Source of the DNA: Octopus vulgaris
Lineage: Eukaryota
DNA length: 64,000 bases
Reading direction: 5' to 3'
Assembly: GCA_951406725.2 (NCBI GenBank)
Contig: OX597815.1
Span: 74,028,001-74,092,000, forward strand
Part shown: one piece after another, positions 26,401 to 36,200 of the stretch
Position numbering within the stretch: position 1 is the first letter of the stretch
Layout: each line of letters opens with the position of its first letter
The notes under the pieces: generated by a model
Database searches by the model: none
The model's input: only the letters and a program-made list of their open reading frames with translations
Told to the model about the DNA's origin: nothing
Made by a program: the position numbers and the translations under genes

Positions 26401-28068
26401 AATACTGGAGAAAATGAAGGAGGAAATCTGCTTTCTTCCTTTCCCATCAGATATAGGACTTCAGGGGATAGGTATTCAAAAACTCCCCAAAGATAACATA
26501 GTAGATATAAACCAATGAACCTTTGATAAATATTTTCTTTTGGAACATGAAATAACATGCATGCATATATTGATATGGTGATAGCAAAAATTTAAGTCAA
26601 CGCTGAGGATCAAATACATTGACTGAATACAGGAGAGGAGATTTTGTTGCTAAAAAACATATAGTGGATGACTCATAACGAGTGAAAAAGTAATACGTGG
26701 TTAAAATTTAGAACAGTTGTTCTCAACCATTTTTTGCCTATAGACCCCTTCGATTCCTATTGTATTCAGGTGGACCCTTATAGCCATTCAATGTTAAAAA
26801 AAATATAATTGCATATGTATAATTAAATATTATTAGGAATTGTATTTTAAAAATTGTTAAAATATTTTGTGTCTTGAAGAAGTATAACCAATTTATTGCA
26901 CAAATTCGAACAGCAAAATCTTATATGAACCCCCAAGGGTCATATGAGCCCCGGTTGAAAAACACTGATTTAGAAGATATTGAACTGTTTTGATACGATT
27001 TTGTTGAGCTTTCAATAGTAAAAATAAAGCTTAATATATTGAACACAACGGAAAATATCTTTCATATAAAAATAATACCTAAGATAGTATTATTTCATAT
27101 AAAAAGTTATTAGCAGAACTATAAGGTAAAATGTGAAACTTGGGACGAGCATTATAGAGACAAGTGAAGAATCGCAAACAGAATCCTATTACTAACCATG
27201 TAGAAATTGTGTTTGAATAACTAAAATATTCCTGCTTCCTATAAAGAGGGGGAAAGGCAACGATTTCCTCAAATTGCTACATATAATTATATTTAGTTGT
27301 TTATTTAATTCACTGTTTTTGAAATCGAAGTGTCCATATTTCTGGTTAAATAACTAACATATCTATATAGTGAATTTATAAGAGTAGAATAGGGAAAAGT
27401 AAAACAGAAACCTTATAAATACACATCTGTCAGTATATCAGTAAAAATTCATTTAATTTTGCAAAGAACGTGAGTAATCCGAGCGCTACTCTGTATTATA
27501 AACATTGCATTGTTTATAATATAGCATTGACGTTTTATATCAATTTAAAGAAATTAATTAACATTGGGCTGGTATCTATGAAAATATAACTAAATTACAA
27601 CTGGAAAAAACATGGTTATTAATTTAGAACAACTATATATATAATCAACTTGTCCATTCATGACAATTTAACATAGGAACGGCCAAGTTTCCAAAACAAG
27701 TTCCTGATGTGTCAAAAATTTGATAAAAAGAACTTATTGGGAGTTTAGTCGTTGTTTAAATTACTTGATTTTTTAATTAACTAACATTGTAGTTATATTT
27801 TCATTTATAAAACCGGCTTCAGTAATATATATTCATATATCTATCTATATAGTTTTATAATGCTATTGCTATAGCGATTCTAAATAACAATCACGAAACG
27901 AGACCAGACATGACAAAACTACAGATGGATCCGGTCAAGCCCCAAAATAATAAACTTTCAACCACTTAACCGAGTTAGAAACCATTAAGGAAGGAAAAAG
28001 TAGTAATTTACAATGAAGATATTACCTGCCAGTATGGAAACAACAATCAAATAACGTTCTTCAGGCAT
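2911..28068 (-). CDS. CEP120: Centrosomal protein of 120 kDa (3 C2 domains + coiled coil); 21 coding exons in window, 3' end not found
   Basis: Spliced translation begins [44 protein letters not shown]. It contains [30 protein letters not shown] and [20 protein letters not shown], which I recognise as CEP120 motifs. All 20 junctions are GT-AG with consistent phase; 2720 nt total. Confidence 0.96.
4262..4384 (-). CDS. CEP120: CEP120 exon 20
   Basis: [41 protein letters not shown]|gtaagt. Confidence 0.95.
5693..5741 (-). CDS. CEP120: CEP120 exon 19
   Basis: [16 protein letters not shown]|gtaaag; phase 2 in, phase 0 out, which fits both neighbours. Confidence 0.85.
5769..7028 (-). mobile_element. 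Decayed full-length mariner (Tc1/mariner) transposon
   Basis: TIRs TTGGGTCATTCCATAAATAATG / CATTATTTATGGAATGATCCAA flanked by TA. Minus-strand transposase remnants [18 protein letters not shown] and [13 protein letters not shown], with frameshifts and stops. Confidence 0.92.
7497..7609 (-). CDS. CEP120: CEP120 exon 18
   Basis: [38 protein letters not shown]. Confidence 0.92.
7650..7805 (+). mobile_element. RTE-clade LINE ORF 3' fragment
   Basis: [30 protein letters not shown] resembles the post-RT region of RTE elements. Confidence 0.65.
8123..8215 (-). CDS. CEP120: CEP120 exon 17
   Basis: [31 protein letters not shown]|gtgagc. Confidence 0.92.
8530..9858 (+). mobile_element. Second decayed mariner of a different family, interrupted by a PLE-like insert
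   Basis: Degenerate TIRs (gagagtgagctgaaatgttcatgggctgac / gtcagcttgtgaatatttcagaaaactctcg-TA). Motifs [22 protein letters not shown] and [13 protein letters not shown]. Confidence 0.88.
9553..9768. mobile_element. Penelope-like inverted terminal-repeat remnant (palindrome) with 12-bp TSD and hammerhead-like cores
   Basis: Arms 9554-9647 and 9649-9742 are near-perfect inverted copies, with a 26-bp extra tail on the right; flanked by AAGA(C/T)GAAAGCA at 9541-9552 and 9769-9780. Confidence 0.75.
9975..10064 (-). CDS. CEP120: CEP120 exon 16 (coiled coil)
   Basis: [30 protein letters not shown]. Confidence 0.94.
10800..10946 (-). CDS. CEP120: CEP120 exon 15
   Basis: ...[28 protein letters not shown]|gtaagc. 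Confidence 0.93.
11578..11677 (-). CDS. CEP120: CEP120 exon 14
   Basis: [33 protein letters not shown]|gtaag. Confidence 0.92.
12710..12777 (-). CDS. CEP120: CEP120 exon 13
   Basis: [22 protein letters not shown]|gtaagt. Confidence 0.88.
12890..13037. repeat. Compound microsatellite (TG/CA)n-(TAC)n(TAA)n(TGA)n
   Basis: Directly visible. Confidence 0.95.
13473..13590 (-). CDS. CEP120: CEP120 exon 12
   Basis: [39 protein letters not shown]|gtaagt. Confidence 0.94.
14396..14545 (-). CDS. CEP120: CEP120 exon 11
   Basis: [49 protein letters not shown]. Confidence 0.96.
14749..14976 (-). mobile_element. Young tRNA-derived SINE (Meta-domain-like core) nested in an older SINE
   Basis: Head GGCGAGCTGGCAGAAACGTTAG, B-box-like GAGTTCAATTTCC, core GCCTTTCATCCTCTCGGGGTCGATAAA; CpGs intact; TSD GCTAATACC at 14740-14748 and 14977-14985. 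Older copies near 60-190, 17985-18180, 38730-38945 and 52760-52950. Confidence 0.85.
15773..16004 (-). CDS. CEP120: CEP120 exon 10 (S/T-rich linker + C2C start)
   Basis: PSSLSSTST...[15 protein letters not shown]...VFLR|gtaag. Confidence 0.9.
16791..16871 (-). CDS. CEP120: CEP120 exon 9 (linker)
   Basis: ttttcag|..[26 protein letters not shown]|gtgagt; phase 1/1. Confidence 0.75.
17727..17874 (-). CDS. CEP120: CEP120 exon 8 (low-complexity linker)
   Basis: [26 protein letters not shown]...SQN; phase 0 in, phase 1 out, which fits both neighbours. Confidence 0.75.
19141..19224 (-). CDS. CEP120: CEP120 exon 7
   Basis: [28 protein letters not shown]|gtgatt. Confidence 0.88.
20239..20358 (-). 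CDS. CEP120: CEP120 exon 6
   Basis: [40 protein letters not shown]|gtgagg. Confidence 0.93.
21040..21411. mobile_element. hAT-type MITE
   Basis: TIRs CAGTGGTTCTCAACC / GGTTTAGAACCACTG; TSD not clear. Confidence 0.72.
21479..21676 (-). CDS. CEP120: CEP120 exon 5
   Basis: LIPAAIPLP...[34 protein letters not shown]...GIQ|gtaagt. Confidence 0.95.
21880..22007 (-). CDS. CEP120: CEP120 exon 4 (C2B start)
   Basis: [38 protein letters not shown]|gtaagc. Confidence 0.93.
23126..23246 (-). CDS. CEP120: CEP120 exon 3
   Basis: [26 protein letters not shown]...MQT; cag / gtattc. Confidence 0.9.
24135..24403 (-). CDS. CEP120: CEP120 exon 2 (C2A)
   Basis: cag|..[20 protein letters not shown]...FRAATMKQ|gtttgt. 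Confidence 0.95.
26714..26967. mobile_element. hAT-type MITE with perfect 8-bp TSD
   Basis: TIRs CAGTTGTTCTCAACC / GGTTGAAAAACACTG; TSD ATTTAGAA at 26706-26713 and 26968-26975. Confidence 0.9.
28026..28068 (-). CDS. CEP120: CEP120 coding exon 1
   Basis: ATG at 28068, [15 protein letters not shown], donor gtaat. Confidence 0.9.
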
Positions 28069-28109
28069 GTCTGTGTTGATTTAGAGCAACCCAGCGAAAA
28101 CTTATGCCA

Positions 28110-28220
28110 TAAATGAAATAGTATGTTGTTTGAAAACAGCCGCCATGCCATAGAATGGTGATGATTTACTACGCATGCGTATTCTGATTTGTTTTCAACT
28201 ACTCGACACGAATTTGTCAT
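28110..28220 (-). promoter_or_regulatory. Putative CEP120 proximal promoter / 5'UTR with YY1-like (GCCGCCAT) and NRF1-like palindrome (TACGCATGCGTA)
   Basis: Locally CpG-enriched, 50-100 bp upstream of the ATG; gccgccatg at ~28119-28127 and acgcatgcgt at 28171-28180. Function is inferred. Confidence 0.5.
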
Positions 28221-29614
28221 AGGGATGTAAATGTAAACAGATTTCATGTAGATAGTAGCAAATATCTAATTAGAAATATTAATGCAGGGGAGGATAAAAA
28301 AAAAAAAGCAACATTAGCTCCATACTATTTACATTATTTCTGAAAGTACGGAAAACAACTTTGCATACGTTTTGGTTTTATTCTGACCTCTTCAGCGAAG
28401 CACAAATTTCACCGAACTTACCGAAGAACTAATGAAGGAATTACTAACTCTAAGATATATTTATCATCCCTATCCCTTGTTTTTTATTCATTATGTTCGT
28501 CACCTCACGCATTCCCCATCTCTGACCATCTATCACCCTCTCCCATATACTTTTACAACTTCTACCCACCCACAATCCATGTTCTGTGCCCCACTTCTAC
28601 TCACCTTCTACTTTGAGAGTTCACTTTGACATCCCATCACCACTACTTTTTTTCTTTCTGGCTCTACTCCAGTTATTCCTACCAACTTTTCTATAATGTG
28701 AGAAGCCATATAGCAGCTTCTCTACAGCAAGAAACTCATTCTGTTCTGTCCTCTTCCATACATTAACTTTTCATTCATCACATAGCATAGAGCTGTCAAC
28801 TTCCCTACTGTAGCCTCACTCAGTTGTAGGAGATTTTAGTCTCGCAAGTGACCTCACTAGTGCAGGTGCCATAAAAAATGCACCCAGAACACTCAGTAAA
28901 GTGGCTGGTATCAGGAAGTGAATCCAGTAGTTGAAACAACGTCAAAACAGATACTGATCTACAATGCAGTCCTCATACCAGTCAGATCCTGTCAACCCAT
29001 CTGGGCTAGTATGGAAAATAGACATTAAAAGATGATGATGGTGGTGAAGATGATGATCATGATCCTGGTAATGATGGCTTTTTTCAAGTTTCTGTCTACC
29101 AAATTCACTCACAAGGTTTTGGGTGGCCCAGAGTCATAGTAGAAGACACTATATATGTTCCATCATTATTAGCTTGCTTCCCAACCATGTGGTCTTGGGT
29201 TTGGTTTTGCTGTACAGTACCTTGGGACAGTGCCTTTAGCTATAGGTCTTGGCCAACCAAAGCATTGTGAATAGATTTGGCAGGCGGAAACTGAAAGATC
29301 ATAGTAACGTGTGTATGTGCGTGTGCACCTTGTCTAGACATCATCTGATGGTTGTAAATGAGTATCACTGTCATAAAAGTGATATTATTCATTTCCAACC
29401 TTTTATGATAAATATGTCTAAGGATGGGGCGGGGATATTACTTTGCTTGGAAACAAGTGGGGGTCGGTGAGAGGAAGGGCAGCCAGCTGTAGGGAATCTG
29501 CCTCAACAAAATTCCGTCTGACCCGTGCGAGCATGGAAAAGTGGACGTTAAATTATGATAATGATACACACACATGTATGTGTTTGTATGTATACGTTTA
29601 TATGTATGCGTGTA

Positions 29615-30030
29615 TGGGATCTTTTCGGTTTGAACGGCAGTTTTTAAAAATAATTTCCACGTAACTAAACACTTTTAAACTTTGTATACTGGTAGAATGT
29701 GTTTATAAAACATCTTTTTCTCGTGGCTTTATTGAGAAAATTTTATGGTTTGTAAGATATTTGTTGTTTTTTCTTCAATTTCTGCAATTTCAACCAATCA
29801 ATGACGTCTATTGAGGTAAAAAAAACCATTCTGTACTGTATGAATATGTCCCTCGTTTAAGAAACAGATTGGGTTTATTTACATTTGTGAAGAAAAAAAG
29901 ATACCCTTCCCCCTACCCTAACCCTAAAACAGATTGAAATGCAATAGATCGATACTAGGTTCATAATTATGGGTAACAATTTCATATGACACCGCTACAA
30001 AAAACTGCCGTTCAAACCGAAAAGATCCCG
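29615..30030. mobile_element. MITE with ~30-bp TIRs in the CEP120/MRPL12 intergenic region
   Basis: GGGATCTTTTCGGTTTGAACGGCAGTTTTTT ... AAAAAACTGCCGTTCAAACCGAAAAGATCCC, inserted in a (TA/TG)n tract. Confidence 0.9.
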
Positions 30031-30224
30031 TGTATGTATGTACGTACGTATGCATGCATGTATGTGTGTGTGTGTGTCTGTAAGTATGAAAACATCATAA
30101 CAAGTTTCCACCAATGAATGAACGAGTTCGTCGTTTCTGCCAACAGTTCCGGTCGACATTACACATGTGCTCCTGGCAGTGGTAGAGGACACATATACCT
30201 GTGGCCGGCTAATTGTAATTAATC

Positions 30225-30283
30225 ATGGCCTTAGCTCGTTTCATATCACATTTATCTGGAAGGACTATCCATTATTGCAGAAG
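30225..30283 (+). CDS. MRPL12: MRPL12 exon 1 (presequence)
   Basis: atcATGG context; [21 protein letters not shown]|gtatat; phase 2 matches exon 2; lies in a CpG-rich zone. Confidence 0.8.
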
Positions 30284-33200
30284 GTATATTCTGTTATAAG
30301 CCTTATTCGTAACTACCTTTGTATTTTCTAAAGTAGCAATTAGAACTCGCCTAAGACACGATGCTAATTAATAAGGTCAACACACATAGATACATAGACG
30401 ATTTTTGCTCTTAAATATGTATTTTTAAAGCTGTCTACGATTTTTTGCATCTCACGCCTTCGTCCAGGTTATGTATACATGTATTAAATAACTAATGTTA
30501 TCTTTAACTGAAGCAACCTTTAGTATAACGTAATACATTCTTTCGCTGTGAAGTTTTTTTAAAGAGCTTAAGGGTACCGCAAAATATTCGGATTTACGCG
30601 ACTAAGTGCTTCGAACTATGATAAAATTAAAATAAGTATCTTTCTGAAAAGGAAATCAAGTTGTAGTGTCACAGATTACCATCATTGGGAAACACTAACT
30701 TGTAAAAATTATAAAATTATTATGAATTGCTGCTATTATAAATAGCATGTTATTTGTTATTGTCTGATGCTAGATATCATTAAACTTAAGATATTACCAT
30801 GATCTTTTGGTAAATTATTAGATTAGAGCTATTTTAAAGCTGTGCACACATATACATATATATATGATGGTTATAAATAATTCCAAACCCCAGTTTTGTT
30901 CCTTAACGTGTGATCCCTGATTAAAATATATTGATGTTTGGTATGATGTAAAAAAAAACGTTAGCACGCCGGGCGAAATGCTTACATAAAGTTATAAAGA
31001 AATAAAGATATGGTGTAAAAGAAAAACCGAATGGTAATTAATCTGCCTTTAACATTCTCTGGCGTAGGGAGAAATGTCTAGGACTTGATCACTCACCTTC
31101 ATTCTTCAACTTCCAAGCGTGTTGCCTTTTTCTTTTTGTTCTGAAGGTCATAGTATTTACATGTGCCTTTTATGGTTCACGGCCGATGACTGTCAACTTC
31201 ATCTTCTATATATCTAAAACCGTGTGTGTGTGTGTATATATATATATAAATGCTATTCACTTAGGACATTTGCGAAAGTCATCGTATTTAAAAATTTTAA
31301 CTAATGCCTTGCTTGTTTGATACGATTATTAAAAGTCTAAAATTCGATCTAACCAAGGTTAGATCGAATATCTAGTATTATAAGTTTATGCATAGTTTTC
31401 ATTGGTAAAGCATTAGCGGCAAAATATTAACAGAAATGCTGCTGTATATCTGAAAATCCATACTTTGACCCTATGTTAAATATTTACGAACACATAATAG
31501 CGACCCAATTTCAGTTTCTAATCCCATCTATACTCATTATCGCTTGGTTGTCCCTTAATCTCGTAGATCTCGCTCTTGAACTTTTATCTCAATATTTTAT
31601 TCTCAGAACTGTTGCCCTCTGGAATCCTCTCCTTACGTTTTACCTGCACATGGTGGCAGAGTTTTTCAAAAGTGTCCCCCGAAGTTCCATACCTCATTGT
31701 ATTCCTATGTTTTTTCATGTAAAACAATAACGATTCTGATTTTTTTAAAATTTCTTTTCTATTTAAAAATTTTTTGCTCTCATTCCTTCAGTACCCCTTT
31801 CCTTCTTCATGGGGTATAGAACTTCAAGGGACATGTTTAAACTGAGTATTAACCCTTAAATGGTGGGAAAGGGTTGCATGAACATATATGCCAAACGGGC
31901 AAAATATATCTTATAGCGACAGAAGCCGTATTAATACGAAAAAGTAATATTTATCGCAACTTAAAGTGGATGTTGTATTAGAATACAGAGTACTGCATTA
32001 TTTACTATGAGAGAACTTCTCATATGGACTTGTAGTGCATATAAGCACTCGTGTTTATATCACTAGTGGTAAATAATCGGTTAATATAGGGCGTTACGTC
32101 TATCAGAAAATCAAAAAAAAAATGTGTGTAATAGGTGTAAAACAACTTCCTATGAACGAATATGAAAAAAAAATTCGCGCACGCGAAAGGGGGTGAGGGA
32201 GAGGCCTCGGAAAATTCACATCGGGAAGTTCTGAAAGCGTCTGAGGGGCTGACCCGGGCACCAAAAAAAAAAAAAAATAGTGTAATATGTGTAAAACAAC
32301 TTGCTCTAAACGAATATGACAAAAAAAATGCGCTCTCGCGAAAGAGGGGTGGGGGAGAGGCCTCGGAAAATTTATATCGGGAATTTCCGAAAGCGTCTGA
32401 ACCGGGCACAAAAACAAAAACAGCGTAATAGGTGTAAAACAACTTGCTCTAAACGACTATCATGAAAAAAATGCGCGCTCGCGAAAGGGGGGTGGGGGAG
32501 AGGCTTCGGAAATTTCACATCTTCAGTCCACGGCCTTTAAACTAAGAAAAAATAGTGTAATTGGTGTAAAACTACTTGTTCTAAACGAGTATCAAGAACA
32601 CACACTCACATGAATCATAAACTCCGTATTTTTGTACATATTTCGCAAAAAAAAAATAAATAAAGAGAAGAAATTCTGGAAAAAGTGAAGAAATGTTGGA
32701 TCTCATTCCTTGGTTAAAGCTATTTTAAACATTAAATTTATGCTTTTCTTTGAAATAGTTCAGATATTTCAAATGTGTAAAAAGCACCCACTACACTCAC
32801 GGAGTGGTTGGCATTAGGAAGGGCATCCAGCCGTAGAAACACTGCCAGATCAGACTGGGCCTGATGCAGCCTTCTGGCTTCACAGTCCCCAGTTGAACCG
32901 TCCAACCCATGCTAGCATGGAAAGCAGATGCTAAATGATGATGATGATGATGAAGCCCAATGGCTATTTGCAACACCAGTACCAGAATAGACCCTGAGAT
33001 TTCTTGTATATTGCTGACAGGGGAATTGTCGCTATGTCTAGCCATGGTCTGCCATTAACAAGGCCAAGGGAGGCCAAGATCATCTGATCTGGCAGTTCCA
33101 GCAACAGTAGTGGTTGATTATCTTCTGCTAGTGATATAAATATGATTGCTTATATGCACATCAAGTTCACAAGAGGTTCCATGTTTTAATACATCATCCA

Positions 33201-36200
33201 CTTTTAAGTGGAGATAAAAAATATCTCTTTTTCTTAAGAGTCATTTTTATACTTATTTTCACCTTAAATATAAAAACTGTAATAATTGTTAGACTTTTGC
33301 ACAACAATTTACAATCTCATTATCGAAAAGTACCATAAAATATTCACTTTCTTTTGCATCCAGTATGAACATAAATTCATTTGAGATTCCTGCATTGTAC
33401 AGGTGTACATCAACTGATAATGTCCACTGTTCTCTAACGAAGCATTAATTGATGTCTGCTGTTTAAGGGTTAATTGCATCAATCTCACTAATTCAGGAGG
33501 GAGGCACTGTCAATGTTTGTAGTCCCCTCAAAGATTAGTCTCCGTAATTATTTTTAATAATTTACTCAAAAATTAATTACGGAGATGTACTTGCAAAGCA
33601 AGTGATCTGATCTGAGATCATGTGCTGAAACAAAAAACAATTGCAGTGTGAAACGTGTTTATAAGCCATTTAAAAATACCTCCACACTGCAATTATTAAA
33701 AATAAAAACTTCACTGAACTGTGTGTTAAATAAATACATGGAGACCACTGGGTTCTGTTGGATTGAGTTTATGACTTTGTAACAAACCATATCAAAATAA
33801 GAAAAAATTTTCATGATGCCAAAAAAAAAAATCCCTCTATGGGTTATGAAGCATTACTTAATTTCATTGCTAATTCAGCTTTTATAAGCTAGCTTAGATT
33901 GGTTAGGTAAAGTTGTATGGCTTTGTGATTAGGGTGTTACACTCATGACTGCATGGTTGGGATTCTGATTCCTGGACCAGGTAATGCATTGTATTCTTGA
34001 GCAAAACATTTCACTTCACATTACTCCATTCCACTCAGCTGTAAATGAATAACCCTGCAACAGATCTTGGTGATCTGACATTTATGTGCCATGGAAACTG
34101 GGTAACTGGCCCTATGAGTCCTCAGACAGTGATGTCCAGAGGTTGTTCCTTATGATGATGATGACAATGATAGATTGGTTATGTTAATCAACTTAATTCA
34201 GCAGCGCTAAAAGTACTTTTTTCTTGCAAGTCTCTAATCTAGGTAATTTCATCGGTGAAAACAAAACTTTAGTTCTTTATAACAAGCTATAATTTGGTTG
34301 CCATCAACAGTTCAAATTTTCCTTTACTTCTACTACCAATTCATACAGTCTTTTCCTTGCACTGATGAAAAAAAAATGCCTCTAATACCTTACTGCTGTC
34401 TGTTGGTGCAAAAATAGAAAAAAAGACACAACACCCACTACACACTGTAAAGTGGTGGGCATTAGGAAAGGCATCCAGCCATAAAAACCATGCCAAAGCT
34501 AACACTGGAGCTCAACACAGCACTGTGGCTTGCCTGATCCTGTCAAACCATCCAACCCCATGCCAGCAAGGAAATATCAGTCCAGAGTCATATTAGATTA
34601 GAGGAATTCTCAGAGCATCAAACAGAATATCTTACAGCATCTCTTTTGGCTTTGTACATTCTGCATTTAAATCCTACTCATTCATCAAAAAAATGGTAAC
34701 GTTGTGTGACAGATAATAATCAGCAATTTGAAAAACTTATGGAAACAAAATAATAATTTTTGGAGCGTGGCTGTGTGGTAAGTTGGCATCCCCAGTACCA
34801 ACTATGTGGCACCATCTATAGTCCCAGGCTGATCAAAGCCTTGTGAATGGTTTTTATAGATGGAAACTAAAAGAAGCCCATTGGTGTGTGTGATAGTTGT
34901 AAATGAGTGACACTGTCATGCAAGCAATGTCCTTTGTTTCCAATCTTCAGTGAAAACATGTCTGGTCATGGGGAAATCTTTACCTTGCTTGGAAACAGGT
35001 TGAGATTTGGTGTCAGGTAAGGTATCCAGGCATAGACAGTCTGCCTCAGCAGATTCCTTCCAACCTATGTGAGCATAGAAAAGTGGACATTAAAATGATG
35101 ATGATGATGATGATGGTGATTTTACAGCTATCAACTTCTCATCCTTAACCCTTTAACATTCAAACTAGACATTTCAGGCTCAAATATTCTACCTGGTTTA
35201 TGTTTAAACTGGTTGGATCTGGCCTCTTACACCTACCCTACAATGTCAGTCTAAAAAGAAACAATCATGTCATTGAAATCTCATAGCTACAAGATAATGC
35301 ATGAATGATACAAAACAATGTCAATAAATAAATATTACATTCGACAGAATAACCTGCATGCTAAAGGGTTAAAAAAAGAAATAATATAAAAATAAACTCT
35401 TGGTTCTTTCTTGACTGTGCTTTTCTCATTCATACTGCTATAAATTTTTTACAATTCCTTAATTTTTTAAGAACTTTTTACTAACTGCCATCTATATCTC
35501 TTCTCTGACAGAGTTCACCCAGTAATACAGCGATGGCATGTCAATAGATACCAGAATGATCCCACTAACTGCCATAAAATCACCACTACATCTTTCTTCT
35601 CTACTACATCATCGTGTCAAAATGAAGCCCTTGCTGTAGGACCACATGTGGAAGATACTACTAAAGAATATTCTCCTAAAATTCAAAAATTAGTCGATGA
35701 AATTGGAGCTTTGACTCTTTTAGAAGTTTCCGATTTGAATGAATTATTAAAGGTTTGTTAATTGGTTTTTTTGCCAATTTTTATATATAAGTGTCAGTAA
35801 ATGTTTTATCTTTTACTTATTTCAGTCATTGACTCCAATTTTTTTGTTTGTTTCTTATAAAGTCCAGTACTTATTTCGTTGGTTTCTTTTGCTGAACTGC
35901 TAAGTTATGGGAATGTAAAGAAACCACATGAGTTGTCAAGTAGTGGAGAGAACAAAGACACACACGCATAACAGGCTTTCATCCTGTTTTCATCTACCAA
36001 GTTCATTCACAACGCATTGGGTGGCCCAGTACTATAGTTAGAAGACACTACCCCAAGATGCTGCACAATGGGATTGAACCTGAAACCATGTGATTGCAAA
36101 GTGAGCTTCTTAACCACATAGTCATGCCTGCATCTTTATTATCTTTGTGTTCTCAAAGGCATGTTATCCCATACTTGAAACACAAGGACAAGAACAGTTA

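Noticed and set aside
30415-30467. Alternative MRPL12 first exon ending ..TCCAG|gttatg
   Set aside because: No in-frame ATG before an upstream stop; 30225-30283 fits better.
32020-32442. 140/104/88-aa ORFs and a CRISPR-like look of the repeat array
   Set aside because: The ORFs come from the tandem repeat. The units are similar along their whole length with no unique spacers, there are no cas genes, and the context is eukaryotic.
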